DNA from: Amphiscolops sp. MND2022
Taxonomy: Eukaryota
DNA: 63,952 bases
Direction of reading: 5' to 3'
NCBI GenBank assembly: GCA_964187785.1
Contig: OZ076409.1
Location: 40,054,001 to 40,117,952 of the forward strand
Shown: in pieces, positions 35,811 through 46,401 of the stretch
Numbering within the stretch: position 1 is the stretch's first letter
Layout of the letters: the number at the start of each line of letters is the position of its first letter
Notes under the pieces: model-generated
Told to the model about the DNA's origin: nothing
Seen by the model: only the letters and a program-made list of their open reading frames with translations
Databases searched by the model: none
Translations under genes and position numbers: made by a program

Positions 35811-38800
35811 TTGCCACGACTCCAAATACATGACTATATGTCGGTTCGACAATATGTCATTTCAGATCCTCCAATAATCAAATACAGCCAAACAATCAAG
35901 GATACAAAAGGAATTCCCACTGTTGTCTGGCAGCAACAAATGGAAAAAGCCTGTATCCGAACTTATAAAATAGTACATAATGATCGCCCAGACCGATTTT
36001 ACGAAATAGACTATACTAAAGACTTCGAGACTCAATTCCGTCCCTTACCCTTGATCGAAGATTATCACCCTCAATACCCCGATCCTGATTATGGCAAAGA
36101 CCCGTATTGGGACGACGAACTCTACGACAGACAAAAACTCCAGTTTAGACAAGACGAATATCCACCAACGGACGATGAGGATGATCCCCCGATAGTGGAC
36201 AACAAACTATCCAGAGCCCTCATTGAACTTTGGCAGCCAAATTCCGAAGCACTTTTAGAAGAAATCGAGGAAACTCAAGAGCAAGAAGACTTTCACGGCC
36301 CTGACAGCCTTTTAGACGAAACAGCCTTCTTGCACATTTTAGTGGAAGAACAAGGAGAACCGTCATACGTTCCCCTCTCCACCAACCTTGGCCTCAAAAT
36401 CAAAAGGAGGATGCTATATTTCCCAATGGACTTTGGAGAACTAACATTAGATGGTCTCATAGACACTGGGGCCCACTCCAGTGCAATACCAGAAGCTGAC
36501 CTTCGGAAAATACGGCTACTTGCACCCCAATCAATAGTGAAAGAGGGTCCTGCCCCGTCATTCCAAATTATGGTCGCAAATGGAGACCTGGAAACTCCGA
36601 AGAGTACAGTAGAACTGAAGTTCGAAGTAGGGGACATAGAGTTCCATGAAATCTTCATAGTGATGGAAAAATTATCCAGCCCCATAATTGGACTTATGTT
36701 CTTACAAAGAAACCACACAGTCCTAGATATGCGCCAAGGCATACTTAACTTTCCCTTCTTCTCGATGCAATTGAAAACAGCTGACCATAAGTACTCCAAT
36801 GTGATGGAACCTATCCTCAACCCCGAGGATATAACGATTCCCCCAAATGGACGAACAATCATCCCTATCCAATCTCAAATTTATGCGGAAAACGCTGTCA
36901 CTGGAATCTTACAACCCAGTGACCTTCTAAATGAAGAAAATGATATAACATTTTGTGCCGCCATAGTCACATTGGACGAAGGGACTACGAGGATCCATGT
37001 CAACAACTTCACAGATCAGCCCTTTAAACTCAAAAAAGGAATGCACATAGCGAATTTCTCTGTGATGACTCCAGAGCAAATGAAGCATGTTAGGCCAATA
37101 GACCCAGTGTCCACTTGGCACCTACTCAATGAAAATGAAGAAGACGCTATTTATTATATCAGCAGTCTTCTCAAAGCCAACAGGAACAATGACCAATACG
37201 AAAAATACTGGTTTCCAACACCCGAAAACCCAGGGGACGAAGAGTCCCATATTCCAATACAAAAGAGAATTCTTAGAGAATTACGAAACCTGCAAGAAGC
37301 AGAAAAACTCAACCCACAAGACAATGAAGAATCTCGACAAAAATTCCTCAGTAACTTTGACTGGAGGGACTCAATGCTACAACAGCATGAAATCAAACAG
37401 ATAGAAGCGCTATTAGTCGAATTCCACGACATATTTGCCCGTCATAGGTTCGACATTGGTATGAATGAGGAGTTCACGGTCAAATTGACCCCGAAGGACG
37501 ACTCTCCTGCCTACAGCCAGAGCTTACCAACTCCGGTCAATTTAAAAGAGGACATACTGGTCGAATTAGCGTCACTACACAAATATGGTATTATAACAAC
37601 ATTACCATTCTCAAAGTACGCTAGCCCTATCTTTGCACAAAAGAAGCCTAATGGGAAACTACGACTACTGGTAGACCTCAGGAAGATCAACAATCTTATT
37701 TCTGATGATTATATCAACAACAACCATCCAGTCAGCACCTTAACGGACGCTGCTCAACATATGGCCGGAAAGAAACTTTTCTGTAAACTTGACTGTTCGC
37801 AAGCGTACCACTGCCTTCAAATGGCGGACCAACGGTCTATAGAGATGTTGGCCTTCAACTTTGCCAGCCGAACGTTCGCATATCGAAGATTGGCCCAAGG
37901 TTTCAGCAGAGCCTTATCGGCATTCTCCAGTGTTATGAGAGAATATTTGGACCGTGTCATCAAAGCCGATCAATGCGCCCAATACGTGGATGATATTGGC
38001 ATTGCGGCCAACGACGCGGAGCATCTCATTAAAAATCTCAGAGCAACTTTCGAATGCATCCGAGAGGCTGGATTGAAATTAACGATGCATAAATGCCACT
38101 TTGGAGCAACTGAGATTGATTTCTTAGGAAGGACAATCACCCCTGAGGGTGTCAAGCCCCAGAAGGAACGAGTCACACAATTCCTAGAAAAAACGAAATT
38201 CCCAAAATCCAAAAAAGCCTTACAACGTTACCTCGGATTCCTCAATTATTATAGAAACTACATACCGAGGTTATCAGAAAAATTAGTCCCTTTCTTTCAA
38301 CTATTAAAGAAAGACGAAAAGGTCTTAGTCACAACGGAACTGATCGAACAATTCAACGAGATCAATAGAGATTTGGACAGATGCACCCAGCTAGCCCTTA
38401 GGCAGCCCTTGCCAAACCGACAGCTAGTCCTGATGACAGATGCTAGCTTTACAGCAGCCGGATATGCTATACTTACTGAAGATGATCCAAATCAGAAATT
38501 TACCTCAACCAAGAAATCCTATGCGCCTATTGCATATGGTTCAAAAACTTTTACTCCTTCACAACTTAAAATGTCAATTTATGCGAAGGAATTTTTAGCC
38601 ATCTATTACGCCTTCAAAGAATTTGGACATATATTCTGGGGCACACCTAAGCCGGTGATTATCCTCACAGATAACAAATCGGTCACAAGGTTCTTCCAGA
38701 CTAAAATAATACCGCCGCCATTATGGAACGCGTGTGACTTTGTAATTCAGTTCAATTTCACTATAGCGCACATTCCAGGCAAAAACAACACAGCGGCGGA

Positions 38801-40958
38801 CTACCTGTCCCGCATGGAAATGGACCCCACTGAAAAGTTAGTCCTAAAAATCCGAGCGGACGTTGAAACCCAACCCATTGAAGTCAATGTCCAATCAGCC
38901 GGCGTGTCTGAAGAAGAACAAGTGTTCTTTACCGAAGAAGACAATGAAACAGAAGAACAAATTTGGGAAAGGAAAAGACAATCAAAAGCAGGACTCAAGG
39001 TCGACGAGACCGTCATCCAAATAGATACTATATCTGAAAATGTAGTGGATGAAAGTACCAATTTCACCCAGAAACTACGTAGAACCAACCAAATACTACT
39101 AGAACAATCCAAAGATCCGATTTTGCTTCATTTAAAAGCAAAAATTCAAAATGAAGAATACTCTGAGGAAATCCTTCAGCAGGACATTCGGTATAAACAT
39201 TATTTAAATAATTTAGACCGTATAGTCCTCAAGGACGAAATAGTGACCCGACAGTATTACGACGAAACGGGACAAATCAAATACCACCAAATCTTACTAC
39301 CAAAGCACCTGTTGAAAGAACTACTGCAAGCAATACATGGCACGGCACATCGACATCCTGGCATCTCTAAAATGCTGCAAGAGATCCGCCAAAAATACTA
39401 CTACCCTGGCATAGCAAAATACGTTAAAAAATGGGTAGAGGGATGCGAAACGTGCGCTAGAGACAAAAGAGTCCCAAATAATACAAGTACAGCAGAATTG
39501 TTGAACTTGCCCGAATGGGACCTTGGTCCAGAAGATGCCATGCAGATAGACTTATTACCAAACTTACCGACTAGTGGCGGATACCAGACGGTGATGACAG
39601 CTATAGATGTATTCTCAAGGTACTTATTCGCCTACCCGCTAATTGAGGCAACAGCCACGAATGTAGCCAAGGTGATAATTGATATCATGACGAAACATTC
39701 ATATTTACCAACAACTCTCATCACAGACAAAGGGTCCGCATTTACATCGACCATCATAGCTGAGATAACTCAAATTTTGGGTATAACACTCAAATGTGCT
39801 ACTACAAAGCACCCGCAAACAATTGGCAAACTCGAAAGGACGCATGCCTCACTCAAAACAAATTTGAAAATGGCCTCAGGGGAATATCGACGCCAATGGC
39901 ATAAATATTTACCATTAGCAGTACTCAACTACAATACCACATACCACTCTAGTATTGGATGTGAACCGAGTAAAGTCTTCCACGGCCGGATTCCCTATAA
40001 CGTCCTAGACCACAAATTGGGAAATAACCCCAATAAAAATTTTTTGCCAACTACAGAATTTGCGGAGGAAGTACAGCAGAGGACACAAATCCTCATAGAT
40101 CAAACGAAAAAGAACATCATGCAGTCTTATTTGAAATATAAGGACTATTACGACCGAAAGGCAAAGGCTGCCCCGCTTAAAGAAAAGGACTATTGTTTTG
40201 TTCTACAACCTAAAGCGGACAGTCAAGCATCAAAAATTCCATTCAAGGAATACAGGTGGATTGGACCATTCGTCATTCAAAAAGTACTGTCCAACGACAA
40301 TTATATTGTCCGTCGTCTAAATACAAATAAAACTCAAATACTTCATCGCATTAGACTAAAGAAATTTGTCCCGAATGCCCCTTTAGAGGACAAATACGAT
40401 GGAGAAAAACTACAACCCGACAATGAGATAGTAATCCCGCAAGACGATTTGTACACTATCTCATGGGAAGTAGACTTTGAGTACGACTTATTTGAACCGA
40501 GGAAGGAAAATTGGACAGACGTGGCCACACGCCGGCCGACGGACGCCGAGTCCACTAATACGGACAATGACGTTACCGACGAGGAAAGCGCTATCAATGA
40601 AAGCTGCAGCGAGCGCACGACAAGAAATTACGTCACCGAGAACGAACGCGTCAGCAATGAAAGTTACAATGAGCGTACGACAGAATATGACGTTACCGAG
40701 GACGAAATATCCCCGAGAGAGAACAATAGCAGTGACGAACCGTCCCCCCCGACTCAAACGTCACAGCGCACTGAGAATGAAAATGACGTCACTAATGATT
40801 TACAAGATACGGAAAACGTTTCAAACACAGGCGCAGATATTACCGTGCCCGGAATATCAAAAAATGGAAATTCAAATGAAAATTCGAGCCCTAGAGGAGG
40901 GAAATACAATCTTCGACCTAACCCTACCCCCAACTTTACTGATGAATACAGATACTAG
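35811..40958 (+). CDS. pol: Pol polyprotein (protease, RT, RNase H, integrase); probably translated as a Gag-Pol fusion rather than from the listed TTG
   Basis: LIDTGA protease motif; YASP..KKPNGKLRLLVDLRKIN and YVDD RT motifs; TDAS/TDNK RNase H; HHCC zinc finger, D-D-E (QIDL, ITDKG, LERT) and GPF integrase motifs; 1715 codons uninterrupted. Confidence 0.97.
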   Translation: MPRLQIHDYMSVRQYVISDPPIIKYSQTIKDTKGIPTVVWQQQMEKACIRTYKIVHNDRPDRFYEIDYTKDFETQFRPLPLIEDYHPQYPDPDYGKDPYWDDELYDRQKLQFRQDEYPPTDDEDDPPIVDNKLSRALIELWQPNSEALLEEIEETQEQEDFHGPDSLLDETAFLHILVEEQGEPSYVPLSTNLGLKIKRRMLYFPMDFGELTLDGLIDTGAHSSAIPEADLRKIRLLAPQSIVKEGPAPSFQIMVANGDLETPKSTVELKFEVGDIEFHEIFIVMEKLSSPIIGLMFLQRNHTVLDMRQGILNFPFFSMQLKTADHKYSNVMEPILNPEDITIPPNGRTIIPIQSQIYAENAVTGILQPSDLLNEENDITFCAAIVTLDEGTTRIHVNNFTDQPFKLKKGMHIANFSVMTPEQMKHVRPIDPVSTWHLLNENEEDAIYYISSLLKANRNNDQYEKYWFPTPENPGDEESHIPIQKRILRELRNLQEAEKLNPQDNEESRQKFLSNFDWRDSMLQQHEIKQIEALLVEFHDIFARHRFDIGMNEEFTVKLTPKDDSPAYSQSLPTPVNLKEDILVELASLHKYGIITTLPFSKYASPIFAQKKPNGKLRLLVDLRKINNLISDDYINNNHPVSTLTDAAQHMAGKKLFCKLDCSQAYHCLQMADQRSIEMLAFNFASRTFAYRRLAQGFSRALSAFSSVMREYLDRVIKADQCAQYVDDIGIAANDAEHLIKNLRATFECIREAGLKLTMHKCHFGATEIDFLGRTITPEGVKPQKERVTQFLEKTKFPKSKKALQRYLGFLNYYRNYIPRLSEKLVPFFQLLKKDEKVLVTTELIEQFNEINRDLDRCTQLALRQPLPNRQLVLMTDASFTAAGYAILTEDDPNQKFTSTKKSYAPIAYGSKTFTPSQLKMSIYAKEFLAIYYAFKEFGHIFWGTPKPVIILTDNKSVTRFFQTKIIPPPLWNACDFVIQFNFTIAHIPGKNNTAADYLSRMEMDPTEKLVLKIRADVETQPIEVNVQSAGVSEEEQVFFTEEDNETEEQIWERKRQSKAGLKVDETVIQIDTISENVVDESTNFTQKLRRTNQILLEQSKDPILLHLKAKIQNEEYSEEILQQDIRYKHYLNNLDRIVLKDEIVTRQYYDETGQIKYHQILLPKHLLKELLQAIHGTAHRHPGISKMLQEIRQKYYYPGIAKYVKKWVEGCETCARDKRVPNNTSTAELLNLPEWDLGPEDAMQIDLLPNLPTSGGYQTVMTAIDVFSRYLFAYPLIEATATNVAKVIIDIMTKHSYLPTTLITDKGSAFTSTIIAEITQILGITLKCATTKHPQTIGKLERTHASLKTNLKMASGEYRRQWHKYLPLAVLNYNTTYHSSIGCEPSKVFHGRIPYNVLDHKLGNNPNKNFLPTTEFAEEVQQRTQILIDQTKKNIMQSYLKYKDYYDRKAKAAPLKEKDYCFVLQPKADSQASKIPFKEYRWIGPFVIQKVLSNDNYIVRRLNTNKTQILHRIRLKKFVPNAPLEDKYDGEKLQPDNEIVIPQDDLYTISWEVDFEYDLFEPRKENWTDVATRRPTDAESTNTDNDVTDEESAINESCSERTTRNYVTENERVSNESYNERTTEYDVTEDEISPRENNSSDEPSPPTQTSQRTENENDVTNDLQDTENVSNTGADITVPGISKNGNSNENSSPRGGKYNLRPNPTPNFTDEYRY

Positions 40959-41194
40959 TCAGAAAACTTGAATTACCAGTCCCTTTACTTCACTTCCAGC
41001 CCTTGAGGACTTTTATTTTTTACTTGGGACTACTCTGACTGATTTTTCTTATCGATTACTGGAACTAATTATATACGAAAAGAGAGACTCAGTGGCGAAT
41101 AATACAAAGCCACACAAACAGGCAACAAAGAAGAAATAAATATAATGCAATTTACAACAAGTACAGTCTAGAAACAAATGTACTCTTTGTACAT

Positions 41195-42345
41195 TTAAGA
41201 TTTAGAAGTTCCAGGAGCGTTTGCATCACTGGACTTTGCGGCTTCAGTCTCACCAGCTGCCCGAAAGCCAACTTTCTTGCCTTTACCAGGGGACAGCTTA
41301 CGTTGTTTCCCCCCTTCTTTGGACGAGGAATTGGAAGCGGACTCGATGTCAGGACGGACACTCTTGCCCAGAGCCTTGTAGACTGCAATTAAAGTTTTAT
41401 GCAAATTAGCCTTGCCGAAACTGTCTACGTGTGACCAAGGGTCTCCTGGGACGTTGCCAATACTGAACCGGAATTCCAGATCTTTGAAGGTACCCAGGGA
41501 AGCTTCTGTAGTGCACACAGCCACTGAATTAGCAACATTAGCTAGGTAAGACTGTGCAGGCATGATGACATCGAAAAGTCTACTTCGGGGATCATTACAG
41601 TCAACTCCAGAGAATTTGATGGCTGGGAGCTCTGGCAACTTAGAAGTCAGGCACAGACAACTCAACTGGAAGATGTAGAACAGATGCTTCCGCAACTTCA
41701 ATTCAGGCATACCAATCAGAAAGGCTACCATGTCGGTGAAGACCTCTGGGGTATCTTTGACTCCAGAATTGGCTTGACGGAAAAACTCCACGAAATCGAT
41801 GTACTCATCTCGGGCATCAGTCTCTGGGGAATTCTCTAACCAGCCTCGCAAACTAAAGGATCTGTACAGAGCGGAGAAACAATATGTGGCTTGCTCAAGC
41901 GGCAGACTCAGGAGGGCTACTGGATCGAAACTGCCCAGACCTCTTACGATACCAGCATTCAAGCTAATGTCGGCAAGGAAGACTTTCAAAAGATGGACGA
42001 GGTAACCTCGGGCCTTGGTGGCGAAATCGTCCCGAAGGGCCTCAGCTGCTGTCTCCGTCTCTTCAGGCGTCAGTTGCTTCTCGCTATAAATTCTCCTGAC
42101 ACGAGCATGGCAGGCGGCATCCAAATTTTCTTTGAGCTTCAAGCGACTCAAGAAATCGCGGTTAGACAGTTGTCGCCAATTCTGTCCTTGCAAATCTCCC
42201 AGCGACTTCCAGTCCAGAATATCAGGCACGTGTCTGGGAAGTAGTGCTCGACCTGCCAACTTGCGAATGAAAGTATGGAACTCTCGGAAGGTGTAGAAGC
42301 CACTGTCCCTTCGCTGTGCAAACTGACTCTCGAAGCTCTTGGTGT
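41195..42345 (-). CDS. Antisense cargo gene, terminal coding exon 4 (1151 nt)
   Basis: Acceptor TTTTGTTTTCCAG|AC in phase 1 joins the 390-codon ORF; minus-strand AATAAA at 41012-41017 downstream. Confidence 0.82.
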
Positions 42346-42495
42346 CTGGAAAACAAAACATTACCATCCTGAAGGGTCTTTATGACACCATTAGACCTAG
42401 CATGTCAATCTACTATATCTAGCATGAGCCTCAAATAGTGGTAAGACAAACTGGGACCATGAGGTCCGTAGACAAGAGAAAACCAATATACTAAC

Positions 42496-42712
42496 AATCG
42501 CGGACAATTCGTGCGAAGAACTCCAGCTTGATGGTGAAGAAATCATCAGCTATGATTTCCCACTCGAGGCTTTGGGGCTTGTTTTTGACCCCCTGGTGGA
42601 CCTGTGGTGGTGCTATCTTCGTCAAATGTTGGTGTACAGACTTCCAGTTCGCAATTAGTTCCGAACATATGGCAGGTACAGCGGCAATCTCCAGGTGATA
42701 TGTAGTCATCGC
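42496..42712 (-). CDS. Antisense cargo gene, coding exon 3 (217 nt)
   Basis: Acceptor TTGTAG|GCG ATG in phase 0; donor GAT T|GTTAGT (phase 1) removes the in-frame stop. Confidence 0.78.
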
Positions 42713-42780
42713 CTACAATCAACATGCTTATTGGAGGCAATTCAAAACTGGACCTACAGTCTTACGGACAGTGACCTTAC

Positions 42781-43266
42781 CTTGACGAATTCTGGCATCA
42801 GGGCGGCCCAGGGCTGTCCACCGCAACCGTCCAAGAAGGTAATCAGAAATTTCAACTGAGAGAAGAAGCTGATACTGCCAAACACGCTGCCCCATCGTTC
42901 ATGCATCAGGTCTGGCAGACAAAGAGCATCAAATCGGAAAGGGTACTCAATCCCTTTTTGGAAGAGGCAAGAACGTTCAAGAAGAGGAATCACCTCTGCA
43001 GGACACCCGGACACGCTCACGATCTGAGGTTGTGTTGATAGGACGGACAAGAGGCGGGAAAGTACCAACAGGAAACCAGCTGCAGGCTCTGAAGCAGTCC
43101 GGTATCGTAGCAAACGGACGACATTGAGGGATTCGCCCTTCCAGAACCGGATCGAGATAAAGCTGTAGGTGCCTCGCATTTCAAACTCCAGAGAGTACTG
43201 ACCCGTGACACTGACTTGATAGGCGATGTCAGCGATGCCACAGAGGAAGATGTGATGAAAGATCGT
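42781..43266 (-). CDS. Antisense cargo gene, coding exon 2 (486 nt)
   Basis: Acceptor TTTTGTTTTAG|ACG, open in phase 0 into the MRGTYSF ORF; donor AAG|GTAAGG. Confidence 0.82.
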
Positions 43267-43351
43267 CTAAAACAAAATTAACCAGGATGAAAATGAGTCG
43301 GGTCTACGTTAGGACTAAAGGACCCTGAGGCTAAAAACCGCCGATACTTAC

Positions 43352-45181
43352 TGTCAGTTTGGAGGAGCCCCAATCGTAAGGAGAGAACAGACTCTGATGA
43401 TTGGTAACAGTGCCAATCTGTGACCATAGCGACTCAAGGACGTTTAGATCTCCACAACGGGGAGCGAAGAGAGCAACCATGGAGATTTGAACACACAGTC
43501 TGATCTCCTCCTGCCCAGCGATGGAGCCAAGGCCAGCCATATGGTCCTCGTAGAAGGGGTTACTGCTGCCAGTTTCGACCAAAGGGACTTGCATAAAGAA
43601 AGGCTTCTCTTTCTCAAGCTCCAAGGGGGTCAACAATTGGCCCTTCTTCCCTCTGACTTCGTACACAGTCCGGCCAGTCACCTTGTCCTTCTTCCTTAGG
43701 TGCTCATACCTCCAGCGCTGATCTTTGCGAAAATGCGACTCACTCTGGAAATGGCGGACAATCTCCCGGGCTCCTTTTGAGAAAATGGAAACATTCGTCT
43801 TACATATCTGGCAGTAGAACTTATGTTTGTTGTGTTCTGGGTCAAGGGGGCCAGTGACGAATGTCCGAGTCCACTGAATTCCTTTGAAATAGGCTTCTTT
43901 CATTACTTTGCCTGTGCGTACTGGAAGCCGGCGACGTTTGCGAGGTGGACTTGAGGCAGAAGCTTGGTCAGCGGTCAATGTGGCTAGAGGCTCATAGTCA
44001 GTCGAGCAGAATCCTGGACTAGGGACTTGCTGTGCGGATGAAGGGCCAGGTGTTGATGTCGAACCTTGATCTGGAGGACTTGGAGGAGGATTGATGCTCA
44101 GATCCTTGCTGGTTCTCTGAGAATTGATGACGAACTCATCTTCCGAACTGAGGGCTCCGCTAGTGTACCCCTCAGTCCCAACGTCACTGTCTTCCGCACC
44201 TGATCCAAGGCTGCCGCTCTGCTTACGGAAGATCTTGATTCGCTGCTTCCCGGATCCTTGAGGAGTACCTTGGGAGCGAATTCCTGCCCGGATCGCTTCT
44301 TCCAGCATGTTCTTCATTTGATGAAGGGAAGAAGTAATGGTCTCCGTGGAGACGGCACGCAAGATGGAATGGACTTGCCCCTGATTGAAGGCTACAGTCG
44401 CATGGCCTACCGGGAGGATACATGGGTTGGTCTCATTGAAATGCTGATTTATGAGCGTTCTAGCAGAGGCAGATAAAGGTCTGGTTGGACTGAAGGGCTT
44501 CGGAGAAGATGTGCCAGGTAACTCAGCCGAGGTGGATGGCTTAACATTCTCATGGGTCTCAGTCCCAGTGGAGCTTAGCGCATCCAGTGCAATCATGAAA
44601 GGTGGTTCCTTGATGGTCTCAGCACCGGAACTATCGAGTATTTCTTCAGCGTCGCTGGTATCAGTTTGGAAATAGTCCGCCTTGGTGACGGAAAATCCAG
44701 CCTCACTGACAGCATCATCGCCCCGCTCAATCTCAGCCTCAGGAGACTCCTTGTCTTGCGACCCAGTCGTGACCTGGGGAATTGGTTCCGACTCAGAAGT
44801 TTTCTCAGCGATTGACTTTGGTGCATTGTCTACAATGGCAGATGTAGTAGGAGGCAAGAAGGAGATGTCAAGTCCAAGGCTCTGGCAACCCAAAGTCTGC
44901 AATTGACGGTCAATGTAAGCGGAAATGCTTTCATCCGTAGAAGGGCTTGGGGTCGGAGCAGTCTTATCAGGATCATCTCCTGGCGGCACAAGTTGCGTGG
45001 ACTCAGGGTCAACAGGGATCGAAGTGGCCTGACTAGTACCAGCTTCTTTGGGGATGGCAACTTCTTCTTCAGTCATGAATGCAGTAGCGGTGGCAGGAAC
45101 AATATCGTTTTGCTCTTCGGACGACATGTCTAAACAGAAAGAGATAAACTCAAGCGGATAACTTCCTGAGAAAGAGTCCAT
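43352..45181 (-). CDS. Antisense cargo gene, coding exon 1 (S/P/E-rich N-terminus, NLS-like PPRKRRR, BED-like zinc finger); start at 45181 or more likely 45127
   Basis: 616-codon ORF ending at a perfect donor ACA|GTAAGT (phase 0); contains W..FYCQICKTNVSIFSKGAREIVRHFQSESH. Confidence 0.85.
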
Positions 45182-46401
45182 TACCGCGTTAAAAAATCTT
45201 CCGGAAGTAGATATTTCGAACTCAAGTGAATACTTGTGTTATGGGACAGGAAGTACGTGAATGAAATGAGAGCCCTGATCAAGCCTCAGATTAATTCAAT
45301 ACTAAAATAGAAACAAAACCTGAAAAGCTACTGACCTGTTTGAAAGTAGAGAAGGATGTCTTGAGAAGGGAGTACTGTGTACAGTTAGACTGGTGGTCAC
45401 TGAATTGGAAGCTGAGCGATCAGTAGAGAAGGATGACGAAGCTGGACTGGTGACAATACAGCAACAGTTGTAGGGAGAAGACAAATTCTTCTTTGATGAA
45501 GGACAAGAAAGATTGCTGGAGATGAATTAGCAAAAGGGACTCAGTGTCGATTGTCCTAGGATGACCCAAGAAATCCACAAAAGACGTAATTGGAAGAAAT
45601 TACAAATGACTACTTTAAATGAATACTGAGTAAATACGACTAGAAGACTAAAAGACTAGAGATGATTAAATACTGGACGATAATACAAAGAGTAACTGGA
45701 AAGAATTTGAAAATAATGAATTGAAAAGAGAATTGGCAATGTGACAAGATGTCAAAGTTGGAGTTCGTGGCTATACAATTTGGTGTCAAATTTACAAGAT
45801 ATTTACAAGTTACACTATTATGTGGATAGAGTCTGCCAGCGATATCTACATTCTTCCATTTATCTTATTTCGAAACTTTACCATTTTATTAAATATTTCA
45901 TGATTTTACCAGGATTTTATTTAATTTCAGGTCATTTTATATTATTCCTTATATGGATTTACGACCTTGGGAAGCCATTTTTATTCAAGAGAAATTTTGC
46001 TGCATTCCTATTGGTTGATCAGAAACGCTGATGGACGGCGTGGCCGTCTGCCATAGCTTCACCCTCTTGAAACTTTTAAGTGCTTGTTGAGTGTTAATAA
46101 ACACTTGAAGCGACGCCCTTAATATGGAAGTGTTGATAGAGTTGATGTAAGTCAACAAAGCCTCAGTCGGCATTTTCAAAGAAGACCGAGCGGCTAGTTG
46201 AAAGAAACCGAAGAAAAGGAATTTTGTTATTGAGGATTTGGTGAGCCGAGAAGGGCAAAATCCCGGGAAACTGAAAAGAAAATCCCGCTAGTCGACGGAG
46301 GAAGAAATCGCCATTGTTTCAGTTTCAATCTCGAAATTCAGCTGCTTATCAAATTTCAAAACCTAAAACTAACAACTTCCAAGATTGCCAAAAAAGCAAT
46401 A

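Noticed and set aside
36293..39112. Minus-strand ORFs overlapping pol
   Set aside because: Antisense shadows of a long coding frame with no motifs.
40700..40958. Integrase chromodomain
   Set aside because: The tail is low-complexity and acidic without the aromatic chromodomain pattern.
41195..45181. Pseudogene broken by stops, or several small separate genes
   Set aside because: All three interruptions are bounded by GT..AG with matching phases, which is unlikely for random decay.
41000..46400. Independent hAT transposon nested in the retroelement
   Set aside because: No TIR pair or 8-bp TSD was found by eye, and catalytic residues appear absent. Not fully excluded without comparing other copies.
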